Below, piece after piece: positions 12,001 to 20,951 of a DNA stretch of 64,000 nucleotides. Under the pieces are notes generated by a model. It was not told the origin of the DNA. It was given only the letters and a program-made list of their open reading frames with translations, and searched no databases. The translations under genes were made by a program, and so were the position numbers. Every line of letters starts with the position of its first letter. Positions within the stretch are counted from its first letter, which is position 1. The stretch spans positions 12,589 to 76,588 of the forward strand of contig CAIWVW010000143.1 in assembly GCA_903916255.1 (NCBI GenBank). Reading direction: 5' to 3'. Source of the stretch: an uncultured Bacteroidota bacterium. GTDB lineage: Bacteria > Bacteroidota > Bacteroidia > JABEUT01.

Positions 12001-12118
12001 CAAAGGAAATGGGCTGAAGAATATGAGGCAGCGAGCATCCCAACTAAACGGCACAATTACAATCAAAAGCAAGCCTGGCGAAGGCACTGATGTTAAACTC
12101 CAATTCCGATACACATAA
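9041..12118 (+). CDS. Sensor histidine kinase with periplasmic beta-propeller (Reg_prop) and Y_Y_Y domains and a HisKA_3/HATPase module
   Basis: DGLPSNNI, repeated D..G..W.GT..GL blades, YTNLPGGNYTF, TM helix, ARDLHDDVGSSL, EAINNIVKYS, DNGIGF, GNGLKNM. Confidence 0.93.
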   Translation: MHKTAIVFKRIKRIYAISLLLLLRFISYAQEDIRFNHLTIEDGLPSNNINCMLQDKQGYIWFGTKGGLARYDGNSIQTFVHAENDSASISNNQIECLYEDNQNNMWIGTYFGLSKYNFLKKDFTNYYFDKWSTSMEASLITSIMQDNKGMLYIATGTGIFKADPTNPHFTLMKSFSEDHYGFLIHGMTSTSKGRIFILMDTALLYSDDYCNSLKTAVNYSISGKLYFSELYYDKSDEHLWFGIYGQSIAYEFNTHTFGIKKYSLESSSSFKANYAAYDFCRLNDSIMLAGCLFGHTKGGGGVIFLNTKRDTYLSYIHQIENPFSMSNGNVWCLMKDCQNTFWIGTDEGINNFNLQQLNFHWTSTDNCGIKGLNDFTIGQLCYNGNLWIGAFGDGLVEYNVSNHTFSLYKPPLLQDIKDRDYVFSMFLDNNTIWLGVGKGIMRFDITNRKFDTMKLAVPELKELYISSTRGIGKDNEGTYWFGTYSSGVFSYNPSTGKGTNYLNRKINFTTKYRNYIRCMNVDKEGTKWVGTYDDGFYRIDAVTNRISWNIPDDKKAEVMQRGWINDICCDSGGNTYIATQGDGLIIYEAKTKSFRTMRNPRLTEDNKINKIVEYTKGHLWLATGKGLSCWDLNNSIFLNYPEGKRLANMVSVAGCISPNGIVYFGGGNELLYFNPDKLTETSPYIHPDVTSLSVMNKDYISDINKPLSLTYKDNYVSFTFSAFDFLNEKGDRFAYYLEGFDKDWNYCNNRHFATYTNLPGGNYTFHLKAQNSAGEWIESAHPVIMNFSSPYYKKWWFFLLCSLAIFILGYLLYYAQIQSELEAVRLRARLARDLHDDVGSSLSSISIISSMATKKPQHSPEDAKRLFTKISETSQRTLDSISDLVWTLDPENDLMQDLFMRMRLYTSEILEAKEIMYEFNVAQETELVKMTMDKRKNIYLIFKEAINNIVKYSKCTQVLINVKLVNNTMEFEIADNGIGFTEGHTEHKGNGLKNMRQRASQLNGTITIKSKPGEGTDVKLQFRYT

Positions 12119-12129
12119 TTATGTGTATC
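12108..12129. promoter_or_regulatory. Perfect 22-bp palindrome overlapping the kinase stop, upstream of the response regulator (operator copy 2)
   Basis: GATACACATAA|TTATGTGTATC. Confidence 0.6.
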
Positions 12130-12170
12130 GTTAAATAATTTCAATTAAACTACTTTTACCTTTTTAAAGT

Positions 12171-12812
12171 ATGGAAGACATTATCCAGATTGTAATTTAC
12201 GAAGATAATCCTGACTTGCTTCAAACGCTTTCAGAATTAATACTGTCTGTCCGTGAGTTTAATTTACTCGGGGCTTTTCCAAATGCGGAAAATGCTTTAA
12301 CAGATATGGAAAGGCTTAAGCCTGAAATTGTTTTAATGGATATTGAAATGCCCGGCATAAATGGTAAAGACGCTTTGAAAAAAATAAAATCTAAATACCC
12401 CGACACGGAAATAATAATGCTTACGGTTTTTGAGGATAATGCAAATATTTTTGAAAGTATAAAATCAGGCGCTTCCGGATATATTCTTAAACGAACCCCG
12501 CCGGATAAAATTATCGAATCAATTAAAGATGTAAAAAAAGGAGGTGTTTCCATGACTCCTTCCGTTGCAAAAAAAATTCTGCAACTACTGCCGAAATCAT
12601 ATTCCGAAATTCCCGAATCTGTAAATCTTTCTCCGCGTGAAACGCAAATTCTAACACTCCTAACAAGAGGATTCAGCTACAAAATGATTTCATCTGAATT
12701 AACCGTAAGTATTGATACAGTGAGGACTTTCATTAAGCGTATTTATAAAAAACTGCATGTCAATTCAATGACTGAGGCTGTTTCAAAAGCAATTAATGAC
12801 AGGCTGGTCTAA
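12171..12812 (+). CDS. NarL/LuxR-family response regulator
   Basis: REC domain (YED, LMDIEMP, MLTV, GYILK) plus LuxR HTH (LSPRETQIL...SIDTVRTFIKRIYKKLHV). Confidence 0.95.
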   Translation: MEDIIQIVIYEDNPDLLQTLSELILSVREFNLLGAFPNAENALTDMERLKPEIVLMDIEMPGINGKDALKKIKSKYPDTEIIMLTVFEDNANIFESIKSGASGYILKRTPPDKIIESIKDVKKGGVSMTPSVAKKILQLLPKSYSEIPESVNLSPRETQILTLLTRGFSYKMISSELTVSIDTVRTFIKRIYKKLHVNSMTEAVSKAINDRLV

Positions 12813-12843
12813 TTACAATTTAGCTTTTTTTGATACCTGAAAC

Positions 12844-12875
12844 AAAAAACGAAGATTTTAAAACATTCGTTTTTT
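12844..12875. terminator. Possible bidirectional terminator between the response regulator and tRNA-Arg
   Basis: AAAAAACGAA-12 nt-TTCGTTTTTT inverted repeat between convergent genes; weak AT-rich stem. Confidence 0.4.
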
Positions 12876-12907
12876 AATCATAAGTAATTATATATCTTTA
12901 CTTTAAG

Positions 12908-12979
12908 TGCCCCCGGCGAGAATCGAACTCACATCAAAAGTTTAGGAAACTTCTATTCTATCCATTGAACTACGGCGGC
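12908..12979 (-). tRNA. tRNA-Arg (anticodon CCT)
   Basis: Reverse complement GCCGCCGTAGTTCAATGGATAGAATAGAAGTTTCCTAAACTTTTGATGTGAGTTCGATTCTCGCCGGGGGCA folds as a cloverleaf; T-loop TTCGATT; anticodon loop TT-CCT-AA; CCA not encoded. Confidence 0.93.
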
Positions 12980-13032
12980 AGTATCTGAACTATGAACTAA
13001 GAGTGAAAAGTGGAAGGTTTTATGCATTTTCT

Positions 13033-15075
13033 TTATTTAACTATTCCTCCGTTTTCAGCGTTAATATCTGTTGGGGCGACAAAGATAAGTTTGCCATCTG
13101 AATTTTCAGCCATTAATATCATTCCCTGAGATACTATACCCTTTAATTTTCTTGGAGCAAGATTAACTAACAAGCATACTTGCTTACCCACAATATCTTC
13201 CGGTGAATGGTATTTTGCAATACCCGAAACAACTGTCCTTACATCGATTCCGGTGTTAACGGTAAGTTTTAAAAGCTTATCAGCCCCTTTAACTTTTTCT
13301 GCAGCTGTAATGGTCGCAACACGGATATCAATCTTTTCAAAATCTTCAAATACAATTTCAGGTTTTTGCGAGAGAACACTTGGATTCGCTTCTACAGGCG
13401 GCTGATTTTCGACTTTGCTTTGATGCAGTTTCACAATTTGTTTCTCTATATCGAAGTCTTCTATTTTCTCAAATAACATTACAGGCTCTCCCAACTGATG
13501 GCCTTCGCGCAACATATCGGCTTTGCCGACACTATCCCAGTTTAAGGGTGCAATATTAAGCAAACTGCAAAGCTTATCTGCCGTAAATGGCAGAAAAGGC
13601 CTCATTAATGCCGTAAGGTTGGTACAAATTTGCAAAGAAATATTCAACACGGTTTGCACCCGTTTGGGATTTGTGTTAAAAATTTTCCAGGGTTCGTTAT
13701 CCGCTAAATATTTATTACCCATACGGGCTAAGTTCATCAGTTCGGCAAGGGCTTCCCTAAAGTGAAAGATTTCAATTGCATCACCTATTTTTTTGGGGAA
13801 ACGGCTTAATTCCTCCATTAAAAAAAGGTCGCTTTTTTCATACTCTAAAACCGCAGGAACTTTACCGTCGAAATATTTTTTGGTAAGCACATTGGTGCGG
13901 TGAACAAAGTTGCCAAGTATCGCAACTAACTCACTATTATTCCGGGTTTGGAAATCGGCCCAGGTAAAATCATTGTCTTTCGTTTCCGGGGCATTAGCGC
14001 AAAGCACATAGCGCAACACATCCTGTTTGCCGGGAAAATCATCCAAGTATTCATGCACCCACACCGCCCAATTGCGGGAGGTGGAGATTTTTTCTCCTTC
14101 TAAATTTAAGAATTCGTTGGCCGGAACATTATCAGGTAAAATATATTCTCCGTCGCACATCAGCATAGATGGAAATATAATGCAATGGAAAACGATATTA
14201 TCCTTTCCAATAAAATGAATGAGTCGGGTATCTTTATCTTTCCAATATTTTTCCCAATCTTTGGTAAGTTCTTTTGTAGCTGAAATATAACCGATGGGGG
14301 CATCGAACCATACATACAACACTTTACCTTCTGCATCTGCTAACGGGACTTTTACACCCCAATCCAAATCGCGGGTCATCGCTCGCGGGTGCAAACCCTG
14401 ATTTAACCATGATTTGCATTGCCCAAAAACATTGGGTTTCCAATCGCTGTGCGAATCGATATAGGCGTCTATCTGAGGTTGTAACTTATCCAGTGGCAGA
14501 AACCAGTTTTTAGTTTCTTTCAAAATGGGTTTTTCTCCACTAAGGGTAGAAACCGGATTTATTAAATCCATTGGACTTAATGATGTTCCGCATTTTTCAC
14601 ATTGGTCGCCATATGCATTCGGGTTGCCGCAATTGGGACAGGTACCTGTTATGTAGCGGTCGGCCAAAAACTGCCCTACCTTTTCATCATAATATTGCTC
14701 TGTTACCGATTCTGTGAATACGCCTTTATCATAGAGCTTTAAAAAGAAATCGGAGGCTGTTTTATGGTGAACCGGCGAAGATGTGCGCGAATAAATAGAA
14801 AAAGCAATACCAAACTCTTCAAAAGTTTTTTTCATCAGTGCGTGGTACTTATCTACTATTTCCTGAGGAGTGCAATCTTCTTTTCTTGCTCTAATAGTTA
14901 TTGGTACTCCATGCTCATCGGAACCACAGATAAAAATAACATCCTTTCCGCGGGAACGCAAATAACGCACATAAATATCAGCCGGAAGATAGCAACCGGC
15001 TATATGACCAATGTGCAGCCCTCCATTTGCATATGGCAAGGCTGCTGTAACGGTATGTCGCTTAAAGGTATGCAT
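13033..15075 (-). CDS. metG: Methionyl-tRNA synthetase with C-terminal tRNA-binding domain
   Basis: [23 protein letters not shown] knuckles, [17 protein letters not shown]-fold C-terminus. ATG at 15075 preferred over 15129. Confidence 0.97.
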   Translation of the reverse strand: MHTFKRHTVTAALPYANGGLHIGHIAGCYLPADIYVRYLRSRGKDVIFICGSDEHGVPITIRARKEDCTPQEIVDKYHALMKKTFEEFGIAFSIYSRTSSPVHHKTASDFFLKLYDKGVFTESVTEQYYDEKVGQFLADRYITGTCPNCGNPNAYGDQCEKCGTSLSPMDLINPVSTLSGEKPILKETKNWFLPLDKLQPQIDAYIDSHSDWKPNVFGQCKSWLNQGLHPRAMTRDLDWGVKVPLADAEGKVLYVWFDAPIGYISATKELTKDWEKYWKDKDTRLIHFIGKDNIVFHCIIFPSMLMCDGEYILPDNVPANEFLNLEGEKISTSRNWAVWVHEYLDDFPGKQDVLRYVLCANAPETKDNDFTWADFQTRNNSELVAILGNFVHRTNVLTKKYFDGKVPAVLEYEKSDLFLMEELSRFPKKIGDAIEIFHFREALAELMNLARMGNKYLADNEPWKIFNTNPKRVQTVLNISLQICTNLTALMRPFLPFTADKLCSLLNIAPLNWDSVGKADMLREGHQLGEPVMLFEKIEDFDIEKQIVKLHQSKVENQPPVEANPSVLSQKPEIVFEDFEKIDIRVATITAAEKVKGADKLLKLTVNTGIDVRTVVSGIAKYHSPEDIVGKQVCLLVNLAPRKLKGIVSQGMILMAENSDGKLIFVAPTDINAENGGIVK

Positions 15076-15172
15076 GAATTGGAGCGCGAAGATAATGCGA
15101 AATACCTCTAAAATGGATGTGACTTCCATAATTTCTTATATTTGACCTGCTTAACAATCTAATACATACAGA

Positions 15173-16279
15173 ATGAAAACATATTTACTCCCCGGATTGC
15201 TCTTTTTAATAATTGGAAATACAGCTATTTCCCAAATTATAATAACGCAGGCTGATATGCCCCAACCCGGCGACACTATTCGTTTAAGCACAACTACTGA
15301 TACTACCGGACTCCCGGCTCCGGCATACACGGGTGCCGGTGTTACTTGGAATTATGCATCATTAGTTGCTCAGTCACAAACTATTGATACTTTTTTGAGT
15401 GTTTCCTCAACACCGCTAGCCTATCAGCTTTTCTTCAATGATGCGATACTTTACCCTAACTATGTATCGACTGTTGCACAAACAGGCGCTACTCCGCCTG
15501 CATTGGGACCTATTACGATTAAAGATGTTATCAACTATTATAAAGACGAAAGTTCCAATTATGAAAGCGTAGGATATGGCGCTAGCATTAACTCCATACC
15601 AACTTCGGTAAAAGATGATACGATTGATGTGGTATATAAATTCCCTATGAACTACGGCAATTCCGACTCCTGCAATTCCAGCAGCCATATAGGTATTACG
15701 TCATTGGGTTATTATGGAACCCATCAAAAACGGGTAAACCACGTTGACGGATGGGGTACACTTATTACTCCTTACGGCACATTTTCAGTTTTAAGGGTTA
15801 CTACACTTATTTATGCGTCAGACAGCATTTACGTGGATACTTTCCATTTTGGACTTAATACGGCACAACCCGAACAAATACAATACAAATGGCTTGGAAA
15901 TGGACATCCGATGCCATTGTTGCAGATTAATGAAAATGTGGTTGCCAATAAACCTGTATACCAAAATACTGTTTATCCCGATAAAGTTCACCCTGCAAGC
16001 ATAGCCTCTATCCAATCCTTAGTAAGCAACATCATGCTATATCCAAATCCTGCCGCTGAAAGCAGTTTACTTAACTATACCCTTGCAAGCACTACAGAAT
16101 TAAATATAAGCCTTTTCTCGGTGGATGGAAGGTGTGTTCGGAAAGTATTTGAAGGCACTCAAGCCGCAGGCAATCATCATTTAACTATAAATACGACCCA
16201 ACTTTCATCGGGCATTTATTTAGTGAAGTTAACCGGAACCAACGGACAATTGGTTACACGGCTTGCGGTGTTGCACTAA
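15173..16279 (+). CDS. T9SS type A sorting-domain protein of unknown function
   Basis: Signal peptide, VDGWGTLITPYGTF, CTD LYPNP...LSSGIYLVKL; TATATTTG promoter at 15137-15144. Confidence 0.85.
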   Translation: MKTYLLPGLLFLIIGNTAISQIIITQADMPQPGDTIRLSTTTDTTGLPAPAYTGAGVTWNYASLVAQSQTIDTFLSVSSTPLAYQLFFNDAILYPNYVSTVAQTGATPPALGPITIKDVINYYKDESSNYESVGYGASINSIPTSVKDDTIDVVYKFPMNYGNSDSCNSSSHIGITSLGYYGTHQKRVNHVDGWGTLITPYGTFSVLRVTTLIYASDSIYVDTFHFGLNTAQPEQIQYKWLGNGHPMPLLQINENVVANKPVYQNTVYPDKVHPASIASIQSLVSNIMLYPNPAAESSLLNYTLASTTELNISLFSVDGRCVRKVFEGTQAAGNHHLTINTTQLSSGIYLVKLTGTNGQLVTRLAVLH

Positions 16280-16292
16280 AGGTAAACGGCCT

Positions 16293-17702
16293 TTATATTC
16301 TGAAGAGGATTGCAACTATAACACGGTTCTCGCTTCTTACCAAATCAGGTGTCCATCCCGGAGGAAGGGGAGTTGTGGTATATCCTGTCGGGGAGGTTAC
16401 TCCTCCCGGCCCCGCAAAATAACCTACACTTGCCTGGCGATGCACCAATTCTAATTTAAACTCTATGCTTTGATTAGGCATCCATGCGATATTGGTGGAG
16501 CAATCCCAACCGGTAAACTGGTCGCCGGGGTTTTGTGTAAACGGAAAAGCCCCCACGGTTTGGGTAGGATTATAGGGGTTTGGCAAATCACTTGCCTGGC
16601 CTGTAGGTTCAAGCACAAGGTAGCGGCCCGGATTTGTCATCCACCCTCCGCCAACAAGCCATGCCCATTTGCCATGCGCAAACCATATCCGGTTATAAAA
16701 CATGGCGCTCAGAAAATATTGTGCGTAGCCATGCAGGGAATCGCCCTTTTTAAAACCATTAAAGCCATTCACACCATCACCTTGCTCGTCTCCTAAATCA
16801 GCGGTCAATGAAAAAGCCATTTGGGTAATTCCCTTCTTCGTTTTTGGGTGATGGTAATATCTCCATAAAAAGCTATTGTCGGAATGGATTCTATGCCTAC
16901 CTAATAAACCTGCATCATCGGAACCATAATAGTCATTGGTTAAAAGTTTTATATTTTCATTGGGACACCAGGTAATATTTCCGCCCGCTCCGGGCATATC
17001 GTTAAAACTGCCGTAGCTCTGCCATCCGTTAATTACCCATATTTCCATTTTGAAAAAATTGGAGAAAAAAATCTGGGTTCGCAAGCCGTTAAAAAACCAG
17101 GGTGTATTATCGGATGTAAAAGATGCCTGATAATCCCAATTTTCAGGCTGGTAATAAGAGTTAAGGCCAATATAAGACATAAATAATCCACCATCCAGAT
17201 TAATGCCGTGCAGCACGTTAAAGTGATAGCCTCCATAAGCTTCGCTTAAATAACGGTAAGCATCCACCATATCATACTGGCCGCGATAAGTGCTGTAATC
17301 ATTCCGGGGAACCACTTCGGAGCGGGTTCCAAATTGGGTCATAAATCTCCCGCGCGCGCCGTCATAGTTAAAATCTCCACCAAAACCTATGGCAGAAACT
17401 TCCATTTCATTATCTCTCGCAAGCGCCGTAGAACCCACAACAGTATGGTCTATGGGGTTATTGGCAGAATAGGTTACATTGGCATCCACAAAAATTTCCG
17501 GAGAAAAATAGGGAATATGAAATACGGAAGAATCACGGCGGTCGTTGCCATTTACCCAACTTTGGTCCATTCCGTCGAAAGGAGTTTGGTCCTGTATTAT
17601 ATGTTTTTGTGCTGCCGTATCTTTCGGACTTATTTCCGCCTTAGTTAGTTGAGCAAACAATACTATTGGAAGTGCAAGTAAAGTAGTTTTTTTGCTATTC
17701 AT
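16293..17702 (-). CDS. Outer-membrane beta-barrel protein (putative porin, BBP2/DUF1597-like)
   Basis: Signal peptide; LSEAYGGY, GLFMSYIGL, NTPWFFNG and INGWQ motifs; amphipathic terminal strand RVIVAILFRI. Confidence 0.75.
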   Translation of the reverse strand: MNSKKTTLLALPIVLFAQLTKAEISPKDTAAQKHIIQDQTPFDGMDQSWVNGNDRRDSSVFHIPYFSPEIFVDANVTYSANNPIDHTVVGSTALARDNEMEVSAIGFGGDFNYDGARGRFMTQFGTRSEVVPRNDYSTYRGQYDMVDAYRYLSEAYGGYHFNVLHGINLDGGLFMSYIGLNSYYQPENWDYQASFTSDNTPWFFNGLRTQIFFSNFFKMEIWVINGWQSYGSFNDMPGAGGNITWCPNENIKLLTNDYYGSDDAGLLGRHRIHSDNSFLWRYYHHPKTKKGITQMAFSLTADLGDEQGDGVNGFNGFKKGDSLHGYAQYFLSAMFYNRIWFAHGKWAWLVGGGWMTNPGRYLVLEPTGQASDLPNPYNPTQTVGAFPFTQNPGDQFTGWDCSTNIAWMPNQSIEFKLELVHRQASVGYFAGPGGVTSPTGYTTTPLPPGWTPDLVRSENRVIVAILFRI

Positions 17703-17834
17703 ATTTCATCTTGATTTTATAAAAGGCCATTGTAATTATTTACAAATATATTTATTAATGAAGAACCCCTTAGAAAGCTAGCTCACTTTGTATTACAAAA
17801 ACATTCTATAAAAATTTAGTTATTTTGCAGCATC

Positions 17835-18752
17835 ATGTTGTCGCAAGAATCAATAGAAAACTACTTTCTTAACCTTCAGGATGAAATCTGCAAAGGCCTT
17901 GAAAACGCCGATGGTAAAGGAAAGTTCCAGGAAGATTTATGGAAACGCCCCGAAGGTGGGGGCGGCCGGACCCGCATTATTGCCAATGGAAATGTGATTG
18001 AAAAAGGCGGGGTTAATTTTTCCGCGGTAAGCGGCCCTTGCCCCGATTTTTTAAGAAAGGAAGCCGGATTGAAAGAAAATGAGCAGGCAGACTTTTATGC
18101 TACCGGAGTTTCGTTAGTAATACATCCCGTAAACCCAATGGCGCCCATCATCCACATGAATGTGCGCTACCTGAAAGCGGGTAATTTGGAATGGTTTGGT
18201 GGTGGAATTGATTTAACACCCCATTATATTTTTGAGGAAGATGCAAAGTTCTTCCATACCCATTTGAAAAAAGTGTGCGATGGACATAACGCCTCCTACT
18301 ATCCCGAATTTAAAAAATGGGCGGATGATTATTTTTTCATACAACACAGAAATGAAACCCGCGGTATTGGCGGCATCTTCTTCGACCGCCTATCGGCAAC
18401 AGATTCAATTAAGATAGAAGACCGTTTCAATTTTGTACAAGGGGTTGGAAATAGTTTCCTCCAGGCCTATTTGCCCTTGATAGAAAAGTATAAAAACAAA
18501 CCTTTTACCGAAGCCAACAAACAATGGCAACTCTTGCGTAGAGGAAGGTATGTAGAGTTTAATTTGGTGTATGACAGAGGCACAAAATTCGGTTTGCTTA
18601 CCAATGGAAGAACAGAATCTATTTTGATGAGCCTCCCCCCTACTGCCAATTGGGAATATGCCAACCAACCTGAAAAAGGCAGTGAAGAAGAAAAAACGTT
18701 GGGGCTTTTGAAAAAAGGGATTGAGTGGGGTGAACTAGAAAAAGAGAATTAA
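17835..18752 (+). CDS. hemF: Oxygen-dependent coproporphyrinogen III oxidase
   Basis: EKGGVNFS, HMNVRY, WFGGGIDLTP, RGIGGIFFD, RRGRYVEFNLVYDRGTKFGL, SILMSLPP. Confidence 0.97.
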   Translation: MLSQESIENYFLNLQDEICKGLENADGKGKFQEDLWKRPEGGGGRTRIIANGNVIEKGGVNFSAVSGPCPDFLRKEAGLKENEQADFYATGVSLVIHPVNPMAPIIHMNVRYLKAGNLEWFGGGIDLTPHYIFEEDAKFFHTHLKKVCDGHNASYYPEFKKWADDYFFIQHRNETRGIGGIFFDRLSATDSIKIEDRFNFVQGVGNSFLQAYLPLIEKYKNKPFTEANKQWQLLRRGRYVEFNLVYDRGTKFGLLTNGRTESILMSLPPTANWEYANQPEKGSEEEKTLGLLKKGIEWGELEKEN

Positions 18753-18755
18753 AAT

Positions 18756-19031
18756 TTGAAATACTCATTAAAACTTAAATACTTATTACCCTCCCTGATA
18801 TTCTTTATTGCTTATTGGCCAATTGTAATATTTTGCACTATAATTGGAATGGCTATTGATGTGAAGGGAGCACCACCTAAACCGGAAGAAAATATTTTAT
18901 TCTTCGTTTTAAAAACTTTATACCCTTTTGAGATTGGATATTTTGGAAACGCATTAGTTCTTACCTTATGTGTTTTTCTTATTACACTATTTTTTATTTG
19001 GGTTAAACAAAAAATGAAGAAAATTCAATAG
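18756..19031 (+). CDS. Small membrane protein
   Basis: Hydrophobic helices, basic C-tail; fills the gap exactly between hemF and the cyclase gene; TTG start. Confidence 0.55.
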   Translation: MKYSLKLKYLLPSLIFFIAYWPIVIFCTIIGMAIDVKGAPPKPEENILFFVLKTLYPFEIGYFGNALVLTLCVFLITLFFIWVKQKMKKIQ

Positions 19032-19036
19032 GTTTT

Positions 19037-19795
19037 CTACATCACAATTTTATATAGCACCGGTTTGCTTGGCGTAGCATCGTTTTCAAAACTAGCTATT
19101 TGCAGGTTGAGCAGGTATGTTCCATCCAATACATCGTTGGGGACATAAATTAATTCGGTTATCGTTTTATGCAGTTGGGGGTTGTTTGGGTAATCCCAAA
19201 AAATATGATGCGCATTTAATTTTCCATCATCTTTTTCCCTATCCACCGAAGGTAAATCAATCAGCAAATGCTCTATTTCCAATGCAACAATTAATCGCGC
19301 GGCATCCTCCGTCAAATAGGGTGGGTTTGTTCCCGAATATTGCATATCAATTTTTGAAACAGGATTTGAAATGGTACGGATGATAAGGGCTTCCGGTTCT
19401 TTATCACCCAAACAATTTTCAATATGCTCCGCAGTAATTACATGGTCTCCGTTAGGTAATTCATCGGGAAGGATGCTTATCACCTCGGCAATAAAAAAGA
19501 ATTTCCGCAACACCTGGTTAATGGAATAAATCTCTTTGCTGATATGCCCCACCGATTCAGTATGCGTTCCGTTCCCATGCGGATTAAAAGCAATGTTGCG
19601 AAAGTTGACCGAACCACCAAGTGACACCTCACCCACCCAATCGCCAACTCGAACCGGCTCTATCTTTACAGGTGCGGCATTCCATGCATTTACATTATTT
19701 TCTCCCGCCCGCAGCGGAATGGAAATATCGCTGGGTTTATCCAAATCACTTTTGTATAATTTCCCTTTATGGTTGATGGTTGTAAACATTTTCAA
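19037..19795 (-). CDS. Cyclase-family metal-dependent hydrolase (kynurenine formamidase-like)
   Basis: PHGNGTHTES metal motif, IDLPSVD, AHH, TITELI. Confidence 0.85.
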   Translation of the reverse strand: MKMFTTINHKGKLYKSDLDKPSDISIPLRAGENNVNAWNAAPVKIEPVRVGDWVGEVSLGGSVNFRNIAFNPHGNGTHTESVGHISKEIYSINQVLRKFFFIAEVISILPDELPNGDHVITAEHIENCLGDKEPEALIIRTISNPVSKIDMQYSGTNPPYLTEDAARLIVALEIEHLLIDLPSVDREKDDGKLNAHHIFWDYPNNPQLHKTITELIYVPNDVLDGTYLLNLQIASFENDATPSKPVLYKIVM

Positions 19796-19809
19796 GTCTT
19801 TAAGCCCCT

Positions 19810-20946
19810 TTAGGGGTTTGGGGCAATAAATAAATCGGATGCTATTTTATCGGCAAGCAATTTACCGCTTTTTGTCAATACCAAACAATCCTGTTTCCAT
19901 TGCAAATTTCCTGAAATAATATACGGTTCAGCAACAACTAAAAAGGAATCGCAGGTTTCTTTTCCAAAGCTATCCAGAATAATATCCGGACTAACGCCCC
20001 ACATAGTACGGAGGCGGGTCATAATATATTCATTGTATTTATTTTCTTCGGTAAGAATTTCCATTTCAAAATCGGGTGAGACTGCCTCTATACCTTTTAT
20101 GTATTTCATATTGTTTGCAACATTAAATTGCCTTGAAACACCATTATAGGAATGCGCCGACGGCCCGATTCCAAGATAATGTTCCCCCGACCAATAACTG
20201 CTATTGTGCCTTGATTGCATACCTTCTTTACAGAAGTTGGAAATTTCATAATGGATAAAATTATGCTTTTCCGCTTCGCTCATCAGCAGTTCAAATTGCT
20301 CGATAGTTTCAGGTTCTTTAGGCAAAGTAATTTTACCTTTTTTAAGAAAATGATTGAAGGCGGTTTTTTCTTCAATAGTTAAACAATAGGCTGAAAGATG
20401 CGATACATTTAATTTAAAAGCTTGCTCCAAATTACTTTTCCATTTATCCAACGTAAGGTTTGGCAACCCATAAATCAAATCAATACTGATATTATTTATT
20501 CCGCCCGATTGGGCATTCTCCACTGCCTGTATTGCTTGTTTTGCATCATGTGAACGGTTCATCCGTTCCAAATCTTCATCAAAAAAAGATTGCACCCCAA
20601 TGCTTAACCTGTTTATTCCTGCACCTATAAGTTCCTTTATTTTCCCTTTGGTTAAATCATCGGGATTGGCTTCCAGCGTAATTTCTGCATCATATGCTAT
20701 TTCAAAATGCCCTTTTATTTCACCAATAATTTTTTTGAGTTCATCTTGACTAAGAAGTGAAGGTGTACCACCACCAAAATAAATAGTGGAGAGTTTTTTA
20801 TTTTCCAAATAACCCTTCCTTGCATCAATCTCTCTGCAAATTGCATCCATCATTAACTCTTTATTTTGCAAAGAAGTGGAAAAGTGGAAATCACAATAGT
20901 GGCAAGCCTTTTTGCAAAACGGGATATGGATATAAACCCCTGCCAT
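19810..20946 (-). CDS. hemW: Radical SAM heme chaperone HemW
   Basis: YIHIPFCKKACHYCDF, YFGGGTPS, YEISNF, HNSSYW (HNxxYW). Confidence 0.93.
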   Translation of the reverse strand: MAGVYIHIPFCKKACHYCDFHFSTSLQNKELMMDAICREIDARKGYLENKKLSTIYFGGGTPSLLSQDELKKIIGEIKGHFEIAYDAEITLEANPDDLTKGKIKELIGAGINRLSIGVQSFFDEDLERMNRSHDAKQAIQAVENAQSGGINNISIDLIYGLPNLTLDKWKSNLEQAFKLNVSHLSAYCLTIEEKTAFNHFLKKGKITLPKEPETIEQFELLMSEAEKHNFIHYEISNFCKEGMQSRHNSSYWSGEHYLGIGPSAHSYNGVSRQFNVANNMKYIKGIEAVSPDFEMEILTEENKYNEYIMTRLRTMWGVSPDIILDSFGKETCDSFLVVAEPYIISGNLQWKQDCLVLTKSGKLLADKIASDLFIAPNP

Positions 20947-20951
20947 ACAAA

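Noticed and set aside
4171-12979. Genomic island integrated at the tRNA-Arg 3' end
   Set aside because: No integrase or transposase, and I found no duplicated tRNA 3' end (att site) by eye.
19810-20946. HemN coproporphyrinogen dehydrogenase
   Set aside because: The short N-terminus and HNxxYW motif indicate HemW; HemF nearby covers the oxidase step.
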